Of a DNA stretch of 64,000 nt, positions 1 to 10,048 are shown in pieces. The stretch is from a bacterium (GTDB taxonomy: Bacteria > UBA8248). The translations under genes were made by a program, and so were the position numbers. Location of the stretch: positions 4,328,712-4,392,711 of the forward strand of contig OZ241875.1 in NCBI GenBank assembly GCA_965203325.1, in the 5' to 3' direction. The first letter of the stretch is position 1, and the number at the start of each line of letters is the position of its first letter. Below the pieces are notes generated by a model. The model had not been told where the DNA came from and ran no database searches. It saw only the letters and a program-made list of their open reading frames with translations.

Positions 1-988
1 GCGTGACGGCGGGAGCCGCGAAGGGCGCCTCCCCCGGCCAGGGGAACGATTGGCGGGCGAGTCCGCTTTTCCGATCCATGGCGGTGATTTCAATCTCGAT
101 GCGCGTGCCGCGGTGGCCCACCTCGTCAAATCCCACGACGCAAAGCGATGGCTGGACCTCCGGGAAGAAGTGGGTGTGCACCCGGTGGAACGTGGAGAAA
201 TCGCGCAGGTCGCCCAGGAAAATCGACACGTTCACGACATCTTCCATATCCATGCCGTTGCCTGTCAGCGTACGGCGCAATTCGTTGTAAACGTACCAGG
301 TCTGGGATGCGATCGGACCGTGGCGGCTATCGGGATGGCTGCGCCCCGTCGAGAGGAAACGACCTTCCTCCGGCACGTCGTCATAAGAGTTGACCAGCGG
401 CTTTCCGGGTTCTGCCGTCTTGATCGGGATGTGCCCGGCGAAGAAGGCGAACGGGCCCGAGCGTATTGCCTGACAGTAATGTGAGGCCGCGGGCAGGTCG
501 GCGTCGTAGACGTCGGTCATCACCTGACGCTCGCCGAACACGCCGCCGGCTTCCGTGCAGGCGGCGATGGCGTCGACCCCGATCCAGTGTCTGCCGCGTC
601 CGATCACGTCCGCAACTCCCAGTCCGCTGCTGGGAGCGGGCGTCGGCTGCCAATGCACCCGGACGTGTTCGTAGCTGGGGAAATAACGCTTGTCGCGCTG
701 CCAGATGTGCTGGCGCAGCACCTGATCGGAGGGCGTTCCCGCCGCATGGAGAACTTTTTCGAGGCTGTCGTGTACCGCCCAGGAGTCGGCGACAACCCTG
801 CCCTCGGTGAGGTCTGCGAGCGGATAGCCCTGCATTTGCTCGCGTCCCGCCTCGGGCAGGTCCGCGAACCCCGCCGGAACGTCGGGCCTTAAGCCTGAGA
901 CGAACAAAAGTTCGCCGGCCTTGACCGCCACCGGGTAGGGCGGGAAAGCGGGGCTGACATCCTCACAAACGATAGGAGTCTTCTTCAT
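1..988 (-). CDS. Multi-domain RidA/YjgF-family protein (at least two tandem Rid-like domains); runs off the left edge, so absent from the ORF track
   Basis: Manual translation from ATG 988 (GGAGG upstream): MKKTPIVCEDVSPAFPPYPVAVKAGELLFVSG...; second repeat SHYCQAIRSGPFAFFAGHIP...VVNVSIFLGDLRDF...RIEIEITA; no stop seen before the edge. Confidence 0.8.
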   Translation of the reverse strand, partial: MKKTPIVCEDVSPAFPPYPVAVKAGELLFVSGLRPDVPAGFADLPEAGREQMQGYPLADLTEGRVVADSWAVHDSLEKVLHAAGTPSDQVLRQHIWQRDKRYFPSYEHVRVHWQPTPAPSSGLGVADVIGRGRHWIGVDAIAACTEAGGVFGERQVMTDVYDADLPAASHYCQAIRSGPFAFFAGHIPIKTAEPGKPLVNSYDDVPEEGRFLSTGRSHPDSRHGPIASQTWYVYNELRRTLTGNGMDMEDVVNVSIFLGDLRDFSTFHRVHTHFFPEVQPSLCVVGFDEVGHRGTRIEIEITAMDRKSGLARQSFPWPGEAPFAAPAVT

Positions 989-1073
989 CGCTCAATACAC
1001 CTCCGTGGGTCGGCAAATCGTGCCGCCATGGTTCGAGGCAAGGTTTTCTCCATTGCCCGATGATTTGAATCGC

Positions 1074-1835
1074 CTACATCGCCAAAGTGCCGCCGTCACA
1101 CGATATGAAGGCGCCGTTCATGAAATCATTCTCGTCCGAGGCCATGAAGAGCGAGACCTCCGCCATCTCCTCGGGAGTCGCAAAGCGGTTCACGGGTATC
1201 CGGGGCAGTTTCGCCCTGGCGCGCTCCGGGTCGTTGATGTGAATCTCTTTCACGCGTTCGCTCTCGGTGGTGCCCGGCATGAGGCAATTGACGCGCAGCC
1301 CCAGAGGGCCGAGTTCCACGGCGAGGGCGCGCGTCAGGTTGTGCATGGAGGTCTTCGTGGCGCAGTAGAGGGCGTTGCCGGGCACCCCGCGCTCGCCGTC
1401 GATGGAGCCGATCATCAGTATCTTGCCCTTGCCCTGGGGCGCCATAAGCCTGGCCGCCTCGCGCGTGGCGATGAAAACGGATTTCGCATTCACCTCATAC
1501 AACTCGTCGATCTGCTCGTCTGTGAACTCCAAAAAACTCTTGTGTGCCCGCATGGCGGCGCAGTTCACCATGATGTCGAGACCGCCGAGGAACTGCGCGC
1601 CGTCACTCATCACGTCGTTCGCTTTGCGCGCATCCCTCAGGTCGTAGCATCGTCCATCGATTTTAACGCCTCCCGCGCTGCAATCGGCGATGATTCCGTC
1701 GAGGCGCGCCTGGTTGAAACCGCCCGCCGCCCAGATGGATGCGCCCTCCGCGCTGAATCTGCGTGTGATGGCCGCGCCGATGCCCGATGAGGCGCCCGTG
1801 ACGATGACTCTTTTTCCTTCCAGCTTGCCCGGCAT
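1074..1835 (-). CDS. SDR family NAD(P)-dependent oxidoreductase
   Basis: TGASSGIG Rossmann motif, YCATK catalytic YxxxK, DGG near the C-terminus. Confidence 0.93.
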   Translation of the reverse strand: MPGKLEGKRVIVTGASSGIGAAITRRFSAEGASIWAAGGFNQARLDGIIADCSAGGVKIDGRCYDLRDARKANDVMSDGAQFLGGLDIMVNCAAMRAHKSFLEFTDEQIDELYEVNAKSVFIATREAARLMAPQGKGKILMIGSIDGERGVPGNALYCATKTSMHNLTRALAVELGPLGLRVNCLMPGTTESERVKEIHINDPERARAKLPRIPVNRFATPEEMAEVSLFMASDENDFMNGAFISCDGGTLAM

Positions 1836-1859
1836 ATCTCGCTCCTTGACGTGAAAAAA

Positions 1860-2744
1860 CTATTCCTCATCCGGCAGAAGCGCGGATTCTCCCATCGAAA
1901 GCGGGTCGCGCATCGGCCAGCGCCCGGCGTCCACCTCGGTGATGAACTCGAGAACGACCCGGTTGAACATGGCGGGTTCTTCGAGGTTGATGAGGTGGCC
2001 GGCGTTGGGGAAGGTGACGAGGGCAGCCGTCTGAATGTTGCGCTTCATGAACAGCCCTGGTTCCAGGCAGGGGAAATCTTCATCCCCCGTGAGGACGAGC
2101 GTGGGCACGGAGCAGTTCTTCATCTGCTCTCCGAGTTCGTAGACCGAGGGTCTTACGCTTTGCACCCCGCGCATCGTGTTGGCGCAGCCCAGGGGGGAAT
2201 GGCTCATGAAGTGATCGATGAATTTCTGATAGCCGATGGCGTCTTTTCGTTTGAGCTGCATTCTTGTGGGACCGGCGGTGTAGACCGGGCCGAACTTCTC
2301 CATGCCCTCGTTCAGGAACCGGTCGGCCACGGCTTCAGCGTCTTTTTGGAATCGTTCACGCTGATCCATGTCGGAGCCGTAACCGCAGCCTGCCACAACG
2401 ATGGAGCGGGTAAGTTCCGGGTGGCGGAGGCCTAAATGGAGGGTCGCATAGCCGCCCATCGAAAGTCCCACGACATGGGCGGGTGCGAGGTCCAGATCCC
2501 TGATGAGGCCGGCCAGATCGTTTGCGGCGATGTCCTGGCTGTATTGTGATGCGTCTTCGGGCACCTCGGAGGGCGGGAATCCTCTCGCGTTGTAGGTGAT
2601 GACCCTGTATCTGCGGTTGAAATAGCGGACCTGATCCTCCCAACTGCGGCAGTCGCCCGCGAATTCATGAACGAAGACGATGGGCGCGCCCTCGCCGCTG
2701 GTTTCGTAATACAGACTGACGCCGTTTGTTCTCACTTCGGGCAT
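1860..2744 (-). CDS. Alpha/beta-fold hydrolase
   Basis: GLSMGG nucleophile elbow, GDED acid, AGH catalytic His. Confidence 0.92.
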   Translation of the reverse strand: MPEVRTNGVSLYYETSGEGAPIVFVHEFAGDCRSWEDQVRYFNRRYRVITYNARGFPPSEVPEDASQYSQDIAANDLAGLIRDLDLAPAHVVGLSMGGYATLHLGLRHPELTRSIVVAGCGYGSDMDQRERFQKDAEAVADRFLNEGMEKFGPVYTAGPTRMQLKRKDAIGYQKFIDHFMSHSPLGCANTMRGVQSVRPSVYELGEQMKNCSVPTLVLTGDEDFPCLEPGLFMKRNIQTAALVTFPNAGHLINLEEPAMFNRVVLEFITEVDAGRWPMRDPLSMGESALLPDEE

Positions 2745-3050
2745 GGTGTTCTCCTCGCAGGATGACGTGTGGTTATGAAATTCGTTTCTTACGGGAGAAT
2801 CGGCGAAATGACAACGTGGAAGAGCGAATTCTCACTTATTTTCAGGCGTCGCGTCCCTATGGTCGGCGTTGCTGAAGATTTGGTAAAGGTTCGTCGTCAG
2901 TGAGGTTGATTTCTTTTTGGAGGGCTTGATTTCTGCGGCGGTCTGGCTCATGATAACCACGATTCACCACAGTGTTCGAGGTTGACAAGAAATTGACTTG
3001 GCACATCGCCCAATCACATCAAAATTGAAACTTCGGGATTCCCTGAAAGA

Positions 3051-4487
3051 TTGTTCAAGAATGGGAGAAAGAACTTGTCTACGGCGCCGGAGAAGCCAAG
3101 GCTCGCGATTCACAGAAAATCTGAAAGGAAGTTGCAGTGGGAGACAATCTTCGTCATCGGGATGATTCATCTTCTCGCCCTCATGGCATTTGACCTGGAT
3201 TATTTCAGCGTTTCCGGCCTCGTGGTGGGAATCGTGATGTATTTCGTCGCCGGAATGGTGGGCGTGACGATGTCCTACCACAGACTCCTGACGCACAGGA
3301 GTTTCCAGACGTATAAGCCGGTGGAGTATTTCCTGACTTTCTGCGCTTGCCAGGCGCTTCAGAGCGGCCCAATCGAGTGGGTAGCGATGCACCGCATTCA
3401 CCACAAGGAATCGGACGAGGAGCCGGATCCGCATTCCCCGCTCGTGAATTTCCTGTGGGCGCACGCCGGGTGGCTTTTCGTCAGCCTGCCGGACGCGCAC
3501 ACCTACAATGAGTATTCTCGCTTCGCGAAGGATTTGCACCGCGACAAGTGGCAGCGCTTTTTCGACATGTTCTTTTTCCCCATCTATGTCTTGACCGCGG
3601 TGGCCATTTACTTCGCCGGGGAGGTGTACGGCGGCCTGGGCATGTCCTGGCTCGTCTGGGGCGTGTTCGTGCGCACGGTCGTTTTGTGGCACTGCACCTG
3701 GGCAGTGAATTCGGTAACGCACACCTTCGGCTACCGCAATTACAATACGGATGAGGAGAGCACCAACAACTGGCTCGTCGCAATTTTCTCCTTCGGCGAG
3801 GGTTGGCACAACAACCATCATGCGGACCAGCGCTCGGCCGCTCACGGCCAGCGGTGGTTCGAGGTGGACATCACCTACCGGCTTATCAAGATCATGGAAC
3901 TCTTCGGGCTTGTCTGGGGGGTGAGAGAGCCGAGCCAGCGGGTCGTGGCGAAAAGACTCGACATCATGGTGGATGAAGAGGGCTTGCGCGCCTCCGAGGC
4001 GAGAAGGTTGGATACAGAGGACGCCCGCTCCGAAGTGCTCCACACGATGACCGACCCCACGATGCCGCTGGAAGTCCCCCGTATGCCCTCACTGACCGAA
4101 GCGAGCGAGGCGGCGATGAAATCGGCCCGAAAGGCCATGGAATCGGTCAACACGGCGCTCGCGCACGCTTCTCACGCGCTTCGACACAAAGAGAAAGAGG
4201 ATAATGCCGACCAAGCCGTTCGCCAGGTGCTGGAAAAGGGCAAGGATACGGCGATGGCGGCCATCGAGCAGGCAAAATACGCCGCGGCGGAAGCCGCGGA
4301 GTTCTCCGCACAGGCGAGCGCATTTCTGGCGGATGCGAAAGACAAGGCGACGGAATCCGCCCATCAGGCGGCTGAAAGAGCGAAGTCGCTCGCACAGGAA
4401 GCAAGCGATGCGGCTTCGAAAGCCGCCGATGAAATTGCAGTCGCGTTCAAGGGAATCGACAGGCCGGTCATCACCTCCGCGATATAA
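3051..4487 (+). CDS. Acyl-CoA/acyl-lipid delta-9-type fatty acid desaturase with a long Ala-rich C-terminal extension
   Basis: His boxes HRLLTH, HRIHH, HNNHH; GEGWHNNHH; TM segments; TTG start uncertain. Confidence 0.9.
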   Translation: MFKNGRKNLSTAPEKPRLAIHRKSERKLQWETIFVIGMIHLLALMAFDLDYFSVSGLVVGIVMYFVAGMVGVTMSYHRLLTHRSFQTYKPVEYFLTFCACQALQSGPIEWVAMHRIHHKESDEEPDPHSPLVNFLWAHAGWLFVSLPDAHTYNEYSRFAKDLHRDKWQRFFDMFFFPIYVLTAVAIYFAGEVYGGLGMSWLVWGVFVRTVVLWHCTWAVNSVTHTFGYRNYNTDEESTNNWLVAIFSFGEGWHNNHHADQRSAAHGQRWFEVDITYRLIKIMELFGLVWGVREPSQRVVAKRLDIMVDEEGLRASEARRLDTEDARSEVLHTMTDPTMPLEVPRMPSLTEASEAAMKSARKAMESVNTALAHASHALRHKEKEDNADQAVRQVLEKGKDTAMAAIEQAKYAAAEAAEFSAQASAFLADAKDKATESAHQAAERAKSLAQEASDAASKAADEIAVAFKGIDRPVITSAI

Positions 4488-4810
4488 TAACGAATTCTAA
4501 CAAAGCCGGGGCGAATTGCTCCGGCTGTTTTGCGCTTTGGTGAGGAGAAGAACGCTCCCGCCGGAGTTCGGACGCTGTTCTCGCGGGATTTTCGAGGGGT
4601 CGGGCGAGAGAGGAATCGGGTGCCCTTGGAATTTGCGGCCCGATGCCCGGAGCGCCTTGACGCTCCCGCTTCCGGCTCCTAGATTATGGTCTCTTTTTCG
4701 GCGGGGTTTCCTTCGAGTAGCCGAATTTTTTCGACAGGTGGTTTTTCGACCGATGTGAATCGTTTTTGGGTGGCGCGGCGAGGGCTGCGAATCTTGGAGG
4801 GCCAATGGCC

Positions 4811-5848
4811 ATGAGTGAAGTGAATGAAGAACAATTATTAAAAGACCTGAAAATTTACTATGACGCCGATGCGGACCTGAATCTGCTGCAGAACAGAAAA
4901 ATCGCCGTCATCGGCTACGGAAGCCAGGGGCGCGCTCATGCGCTGAATGCGCAGGACAGCGGCGCGGACGTCGTCGTGGGTCTCAGGAAATCCTCCCCGC
5001 GCTGGAAACAGGCGGAAGACGACGGCCTCGAGGTGATGGAGACGGCCGAGGCGGCCCAGGCGGGCGACATGGTGGTCATCCTGACGCAGGATCATCTTCA
5101 GCCCGCCATCTGGAATGCGGATATCGAACCCAACATGAAAGACGGCGACGCCTTGGTGGTTGCGCATGGCTTCAACCTGAATTACGGACAAATCATTCCT
5201 CCGGACAACATCGACGTCGTGATGATAGCGCCCAAAAGCCCGGGCCATACCATGCGGTTCCAATACGAGGACGGACGCGGCGTGCCGGGTCTGGTGGCCG
5301 TTTTCCAGGACGCTACGGGCAAGGCGAAGGAGTACGCCCTGGCGTACGGCAAGGCGGTGGGCTGCGCCCGCGCCGGCATCATCGAGACGACCATCGAGGA
5401 GGAGACCGAGACGGACCTCTTCGGCGAGCAGGCGGTGCTGTGCGGCGGCATCACCGAGTTGATTCGCGTCGCGTTCGAGACGCTCGTGGAGGCCGGCTAT
5501 CAGCCCGCACTGGCGTATTTCGAGTGTTTGCACGAGGTGAAGCTGATCACCGACCTGATCTACCAGGGCGGCATCACCATGATGCGCTATTCGGTTTCCG
5601 ATACGGCCGAATACGGAGACATCACGCGGGGTAAGGTCGTGATCGACGATGCGACGCGCGAGCGGATGCGCGGAATCCTGCGTGACATCCAGACCGGCAA
5701 ATTCGCCAGCGAGTGGATCAACGAGAACATGGTGAACCGGCCGACGTTCAACACCGTGGTGCGCAAGGAGAAAGAGCACGACATCGAGGTGGTCGGCCGG
5801 CGTCTGCGCGCGATGATGCCCTGGATTGAGGAGCGCGAGGTGAAATAA
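4811..5848 (+). CDS. ilvC: Ketol-acid reductoisomerase
   Basis: [41 protein letters not shown] at 4796-4800 (alternative ATG 4805). Confidence 0.97.
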   Translation: MSEVNEEQLLKDLKIYYDADADLNLLQNRKIAVIGYGSQGRAHALNAQDSGADVVVGLRKSSPRWKQAEDDGLEVMETAEAAQAGDMVVILTQDHLQPAIWNADIEPNMKDGDALVVAHGFNLNYGQIIPPDNIDVVMIAPKSPGHTMRFQYEDGRGVPGLVAVFQDATGKAKEYALAYGKAVGCARAGIIETTIEEETETDLFGEQAVLCGGITELIRVAFETLVEAGYQPALAYFECLHEVKLITDLIYQGGITMMRYSVSDTAEYGDITRGKVVIDDATRERMRGILRDIQTGKFASEWINENMVNRPTFNTVVRKEKEHDIEVVGRRLRAMMPWIEEREVK

Positions 5849-5870
5849 GGGGGAATTGGGAGACATCCCG

Positions 5871-5907
5871 ACCGGCGGAGTTCGTGCGGCTCCGCCGGTT
5901 TTTCTTT
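5871..5907 (+). terminator. Rho-independent terminator after ilvC
   Basis: ACCGGCGGAG/CTCCGCCGGT 10-bp stem followed by a T-rich tail. Confidence 0.85.
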
Positions 5908-6010
5908 GAAAAATGTTGAATTATTTAGGGGTTATGTACTCCCCGCTTGAAAGAAAAGAGAGAGCGTCGTATTCTTGAAAGACGCTGTTTTCGGCCGCCG
6001 AGAGGTAGTG

Positions 6011-6487
6011 ATGAGCGTTCAGAAAATAAAATTTCTCATCGCGGGCATGGTCATCGTGAGCGCTTTCGCCTATCTGGCCATTTCAGGGTTCCAGAGCGAG
6101 AACCTGGTGTATTTTCTGACCGTGGATGAGGTGTCCCAAAAGGCGCCGACTCTGGGCGGCCGGGGCATCAGGGTGCAGGGCAAGATCGTGCCCCGGACGC
6201 TTCAGAAAAATCCCGACGCCATGTTGCTCGCCTTCCATATTCAGGGCGAGAAGGGGACTTTGCCCGTCAGCTACAAGGGGGTTCCCCCCGATTTGCTCGA
6301 AAACGGGTTTCCGGTCATCGCCGAGGGAAAGCTCAACGGCAAGGGGGTCTTGGTAGCGAAGAACCTGATGGTGGCATGTCCCTCGAAATTCGAGGAAATG
6401 AAAGAAGCGGGTGAGAGCATACCGACGGATCACGAAGCCTTGATGAAAGAAGCCGTGAAGCGCAGGCAAATCTCGGAAGCTAAGTAA
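6011..6487 (+). CDS. ccmE: Cytochrome c maturation heme chaperone, Cys variant (CPSKF)
   Basis: N-terminal TM, LVYFLTVDE, IRVQG, YKGVPPDL, VIAEG, ACPSKF; directly upstream of ccmF. Confidence 0.9.
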   Translation: MSVQKIKFLIAGMVIVSAFAYLAISGFQSENLVYFLTVDEVSQKAPTLGGRGIRVQGKIVPRTLQKNPDAMLLAFHIQGEKGTLPVSYKGVPPDLLENGFPVIAEGKLNGKGVLVAKNLMVACPSKFEEMKEAGESIPTDHEALMKEAVKRRQISEAK

Positions 6488-6559
6488 CCGCTCGCCCGCA
6501 GTAATGGCCCTTGTCTCTCGTATTGTCTTAAAAATCCGCTCCATCCCGGGAGTTTTCAG

Positions 6560-8524
6560 TTGATCGCCATTCAGTTCGGACACTACAGCTTGCTGGCATC
6601 TCTCGTCCTGGCGGTGTTCGGAATAGGGGCCTGCATCCTCGGCGCGATAAAGCGCAGGGCCGACCTCATCGCGGCAGGTAGAAACGCCGCCGTCGGTGTT
6701 TTCTGGCTGGTGAGCGGCGCGAGCGCGTGTCTCGTCTATTTGCTCATGGTGCGCGACTACCGCGTGGAGTACGTGGCCGGGCACGTGAACAACACGCTGA
6801 ACGGGTTTTACCGCTTCAGCGCGTTCTGGGGGGGGCAGGAGGGGAGCCTGCTGATGTGGCTCCTGCTCTTGTGCGTGTATGCGTTCGTCGTCATCCTGCA
6901 AAACCGCGACAGAAATCTGGAGCTGATGCCCTACGTGACGGCCACGCTGATGGCCACGGCGCTGTTCTTTCTCGTAATTCTCAATTTCGTCACCCCGCCC
7001 TTCGATACGCTCCCCGCCCCGCCTGCGGACGGACGCGGCCTGAACCCGCTCCTTCAGGACTGGGGGATGGTGATCCACCCGCCCAACCTGTACCTGGGCT
7101 ATGTGGGTTTCGCCGTTCCATTCGCCTTTTGCATCGGTGCTCTGGCGAGCGGAAAGCTCGACACCGACTGGATCACCTCGACGCGGCGCTGGACGCTGTT
7201 CGCATGGTTCTTCAACGGGGTCGGCATTCTGCTCGGCGGCGCATGGGCCTACAAGGAGCTGGGTTGGGGCGGATACTGGGCGTGGGATCCGGTGGAGAAC
7301 GCGAGCCTCATGCCCTGGCTCGTGGGAACCGCTTTTCTTCACTCGGTGATGATCCAGGAAAAACGCGGGATGCTCAAGGTCTGGAACGTCTCGCTCATCA
7401 TCATCACATACGCCCTCACGATATTCGGCACTTTCCTCACGAGAAGCGGCATCATCTCGAGCGTACACGCCTTTGCGAACTCATCGTTCGGCTGGGCGTT
7501 TCTGGTCTACTTGCTGGTGGCGCTCGTCATATCCTTTAGCCTGATGATCTGGCGTCTGCCCCAGCTTCAAAGCGAGCACGAGATGGAGAGCTTCTTCTCG
7601 CGCGAGGCGAGCTTTCTGCTCAACAACGTCGTGCTCGTCGGCATCACGTTCGCCGTCTTCTGGGGGACGATTTTCCCGGTCGTCTCGGAAGCCGTGAAAG
7701 GGGTGAAGGTCACCGTGGGGCCGCCGTTCTTCAATCAGGTGAACGTGCCGATAGGGCTTTTGCTCATTTTGCTTTGCGGCGCGGGGCCTCTTTTCGCTTG
7801 GCGGAGGACATCGCGAAAACAGATGAACAGGAGTTTCGTCTATCCCTCCGTGGTGGCGTTGGGCGCCCTGCTCGTCCTGGTGCTCTTCGGCGTTCACCAC
7901 GTCTACGCGGCGCTCGCGTTCGGGCTCAGCGCGTTCGTGGTGGGGACGATCGTTTTGGAGTATTGGCGGGGAATTTCTTCGCGCGTGCGTCACCAGGGAG
8001 AGCGCATCGTCCAGGCGGCGTGGGAGCTCACCATGCGCAACAAGAGGCGCTTCGGTGGCTATATCGTCCACCTGGGGATGGCGATCTTGTTCGTGGGCGT
8101 GGCAGCGTCCTCGGCCTATCAGGAGGTAGGCGAGGTGCGCCTTCGCCTGGGCGAGAGTTTTGCGCTAAACGGCGTGCGGATGCGCTATGAAGGGATTCGC
8201 GAGAGCGCGACGCCGCAATACCGCTCCGCCTTCGCGCGCCTGGGGGTCTACCGGGCGGGATACCGCATCGGGGAGGTGGAACCGGAAAAAAGGCTCTATT
8301 TCACGCCGCCGCAACCGACGACGGAGCCCGGCATCCGCCGGGGCGCGCGTTCGGATATCTACGCCGTCTTCGCCGAGGCGGACCCGGACGGCACGGCCAC
8401 GTTCAAGTTCATGGTCAACCCGCTGGTGAACTGGGTATGGGCGGGCGGTATCGTCTTTACGCTCGGCTCGGTCGTTTGCTTCTTGCCGGAGCGTTGGGGC
8501 AGGCGAAGAAAAAAGCAGGCTTAA
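6560..8524 (+). CDS. ccmF: Heme lyase CcmF/NrfE
   Basis: WGGQEGSLL, GLNPLLQ, IHPP, WGGYWAWDPVENAS, SVHAF, YIVHLG. Confidence 0.97.
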   Translation: MIAIQFGHYSLLASLVLAVFGIGACILGAIKRRADLIAAGRNAAVGVFWLVSGASACLVYLLMVRDYRVEYVAGHVNNTLNGFYRFSAFWGGQEGSLLMWLLLLCVYAFVVILQNRDRNLELMPYVTATLMATALFFLVILNFVTPPFDTLPAPPADGRGLNPLLQDWGMVIHPPNLYLGYVGFAVPFAFCIGALASGKLDTDWITSTRRWTLFAWFFNGVGILLGGAWAYKELGWGGYWAWDPVENASLMPWLVGTAFLHSVMIQEKRGMLKVWNVSLIIITYALTIFGTFLTRSGIISSVHAFANSSFGWAFLVYLLVALVISFSLMIWRLPQLQSEHEMESFFSREASFLLNNVVLVGITFAVFWGTIFPVVSEAVKGVKVTVGPPFFNQVNVPIGLLLILLCGAGPLFAWRRTSRKQMNRSFVYPSVVALGALLVLVLFGVHHVYAALAFGLSAFVVGTIVLEYWRGISSRVRHQGERIVQAAWELTMRNKRRFGGYIVHLGMAILFVGVAASSAYQEVGEVRLRLGESFALNGVRMRYEGIRESATPQYRSAFARLGVYRAGYRIGEVEPEKRLYFTPPQPTTEPGIRRGARSDIYAVFAEADPDGTATFKFMVNPLVNWVWAGGIVFTLGSVVCFLPERWGRRRKKQA

Positions 8525-8527
8525 AGC

Positions 8528-9136
8528 ATGGAGATTCTCGGCGTCATCATCGCTTGCGGGGCGGTCGGCGCGGCTTTTTTCTACACCCTTTGGCCCATCA
8601 TGCGCCCTCAGACGGCCCAGGGCGTCTTGCCGGATGAGGATAGCGCGCAGCCGCTTTCGAACCGCGAGTTGACACGGCTGTTGATGGAACGCGAGCAGGC
8701 CTACAAGAACATCATGGATATCGAGTTCGACAAGGAAATGGGCAAGCTCTCTGATGAAGACTACGCCCAGATGATGGCGCCCGCCCGAGCACAGGCGGTG
8801 GAGGTGCTGAGGCGCCTCGACGCCCGGGGGGTGAAGGAGGGGATGACGCCCCTGCAGATGAACGAGCGCGAGGCGGCGCAGGCGGCGGCCCGGCTCGAAA
8901 CAAAACGCCCACCTTCCGAGAAAATCGCAGTCGAGAAACCCCCCTCGCTGGATGAGCGTCTGGAAGCGGAAATCCTGCGCTACAGGAAAAGTGCGAGCGA
9001 ATCGCAAGATGAATCTGCCGATTCTTCATCGGATGAGCAAGAGAAAAGTATGAAACCCCGGTTTTGCGCTTCTTGCGGAAACGCCGTGGATGAAGCGGAT
9101 AACTTCTGCGCCGCCTGTGGGCGCCGGCTAACTTGA
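8528..9136 (+). CDS. Membrane-anchored CcmI-N-like protein with C-terminal zinc ribbon
   Basis: N-terminal TM; REQAYKNIMDIEFDKEMGKLSDEDY helix; FCASCG..NFCAACG. Confidence 0.75.
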   Translation: MEILGVIIACGAVGAAFFYTLWPIMRPQTAQGVLPDEDSAQPLSNRELTRLLMEREQAYKNIMDIEFDKEMGKLSDEDYAQMMAPARAQAVEVLRRLDARGVKEGMTPLQMNEREAAQAAARLETKRPPSEKIAVEKPPSLDERLEAEILRYRKSASESQDESADSSSDEQEKSMKPRFCASCGNAVDEADNFCAACGRRLT

Positions 9137-10035
9137 AACGCATCGGGCCCGCTCGACCCCTTGTATTTCTATGCCTGTTTCTTGTCTGCTCCTCACCCGT
9201 CCTTTCATACGCAGGGCCGGCGAAGCTCCAGGCTGCGCCGCCCAAGGCGAAGGTTCAAACCTCCGGTCCCACGACGACGGACCTCTCCCGGCTCAGGCTC
9301 AAGCGCAACATCCTCACCATCCGGCTCGAAAAGGGTTTTTTCGAGTTCGTGGAGATGATGGATTTCGAGAACGAGGGCAGCGCCACCATCGTCTCGAAAG
9401 GCGGCGCTCCCACGCTGCGCTTCGTTCTGCCGAAGAGCAGCAACATCAGAAACCCCCGCGCGCGCTGGGGCGCAGCGCCCGCAGGACTCGACCCCAAGTT
9501 CCTCACTACGGTGGAGGATGAGATCCGGACGACCGAGCCTTTCCCGCCGGGGCGGAAGTTCGTCGTCCTGCTCTATCGCCTGGAGGATGAGTTCGGCGGG
9601 ATCAGGGTGGAGAAGCCCATCATTTACGACACGCCGAGTTTGGCCGTCCTGCCCGAGAAAGACCGCGTGCAGGCGCAGGCTCTTGGCCTTTCCGCACAGC
9701 CCGCCGTCAAGTTTCAGAACAGGGAATACAACCGTTTCGTGGGGACAGCCAGAGCGGGTACGCTGGTGCGCATCGACGTGCAGGCGCCCGATTCGATGGG
9801 TGGCCTCGGGGTATTCTACGTCGTGGGAGGCGTCGTGGTCGTCTTGAGTCTGGGGCTTGGGCTTTACATCCGCAAAAGAAGGAACACGGCCTACTCCGCT
9901 CAGGTGGAGCGCGAGGAGATATTGCGCGCCATCGCTATACTCGATGACAGGCTCGCGACGGGGGAGATATCCGCCGATGAGCACGCCCGCGAACGCACCC
10001 CGCGCTTCGAGCGCCTGAAAGAACTCTCGGACTAA
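9133..10035 (+). CDS. Hypothetical exported, C-terminally anchored protein in the ccm cluster
   Basis: Signal peptide, soluble domain, TM (FYVVGGVVVVLSLGLGLYI), REEILRAIAILDDRLATGEI tail; TTGA overlap with the upstream gene. Confidence 0.7.
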   Translation: MKRIGPARPLVFLCLFLVCSSPVLSYAGPAKLQAAPPKAKVQTSGPTTTDLSRLRLKRNILTIRLEKGFFEFVEMMDFENEGSATIVSKGGAPTLRFVLPKSSNIRNPRARWGAAPAGLDPKFLTTVEDEIRTTEPFPPGRKFVVLLYRLEDEFGGIRVEKPIIYDTPSLAVLPEKDRVQAQALGLSAQPAVKFQNREYNRFVGTARAGTLVRIDVQAPDSMGGLGVFYVVGGVVVVLSLGLGLYIRKRRNTAYSAQVEREEILRAIAILDDRLATGEISADEHARERTPRFERLKELSD

Positions 10036-10048
10036 GAGGGCGGATGCC

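Noticed and set aside
3..892. Short ORFs called at the left end
   Set aside because: Shadows of the Rid-family gene on the minus strand
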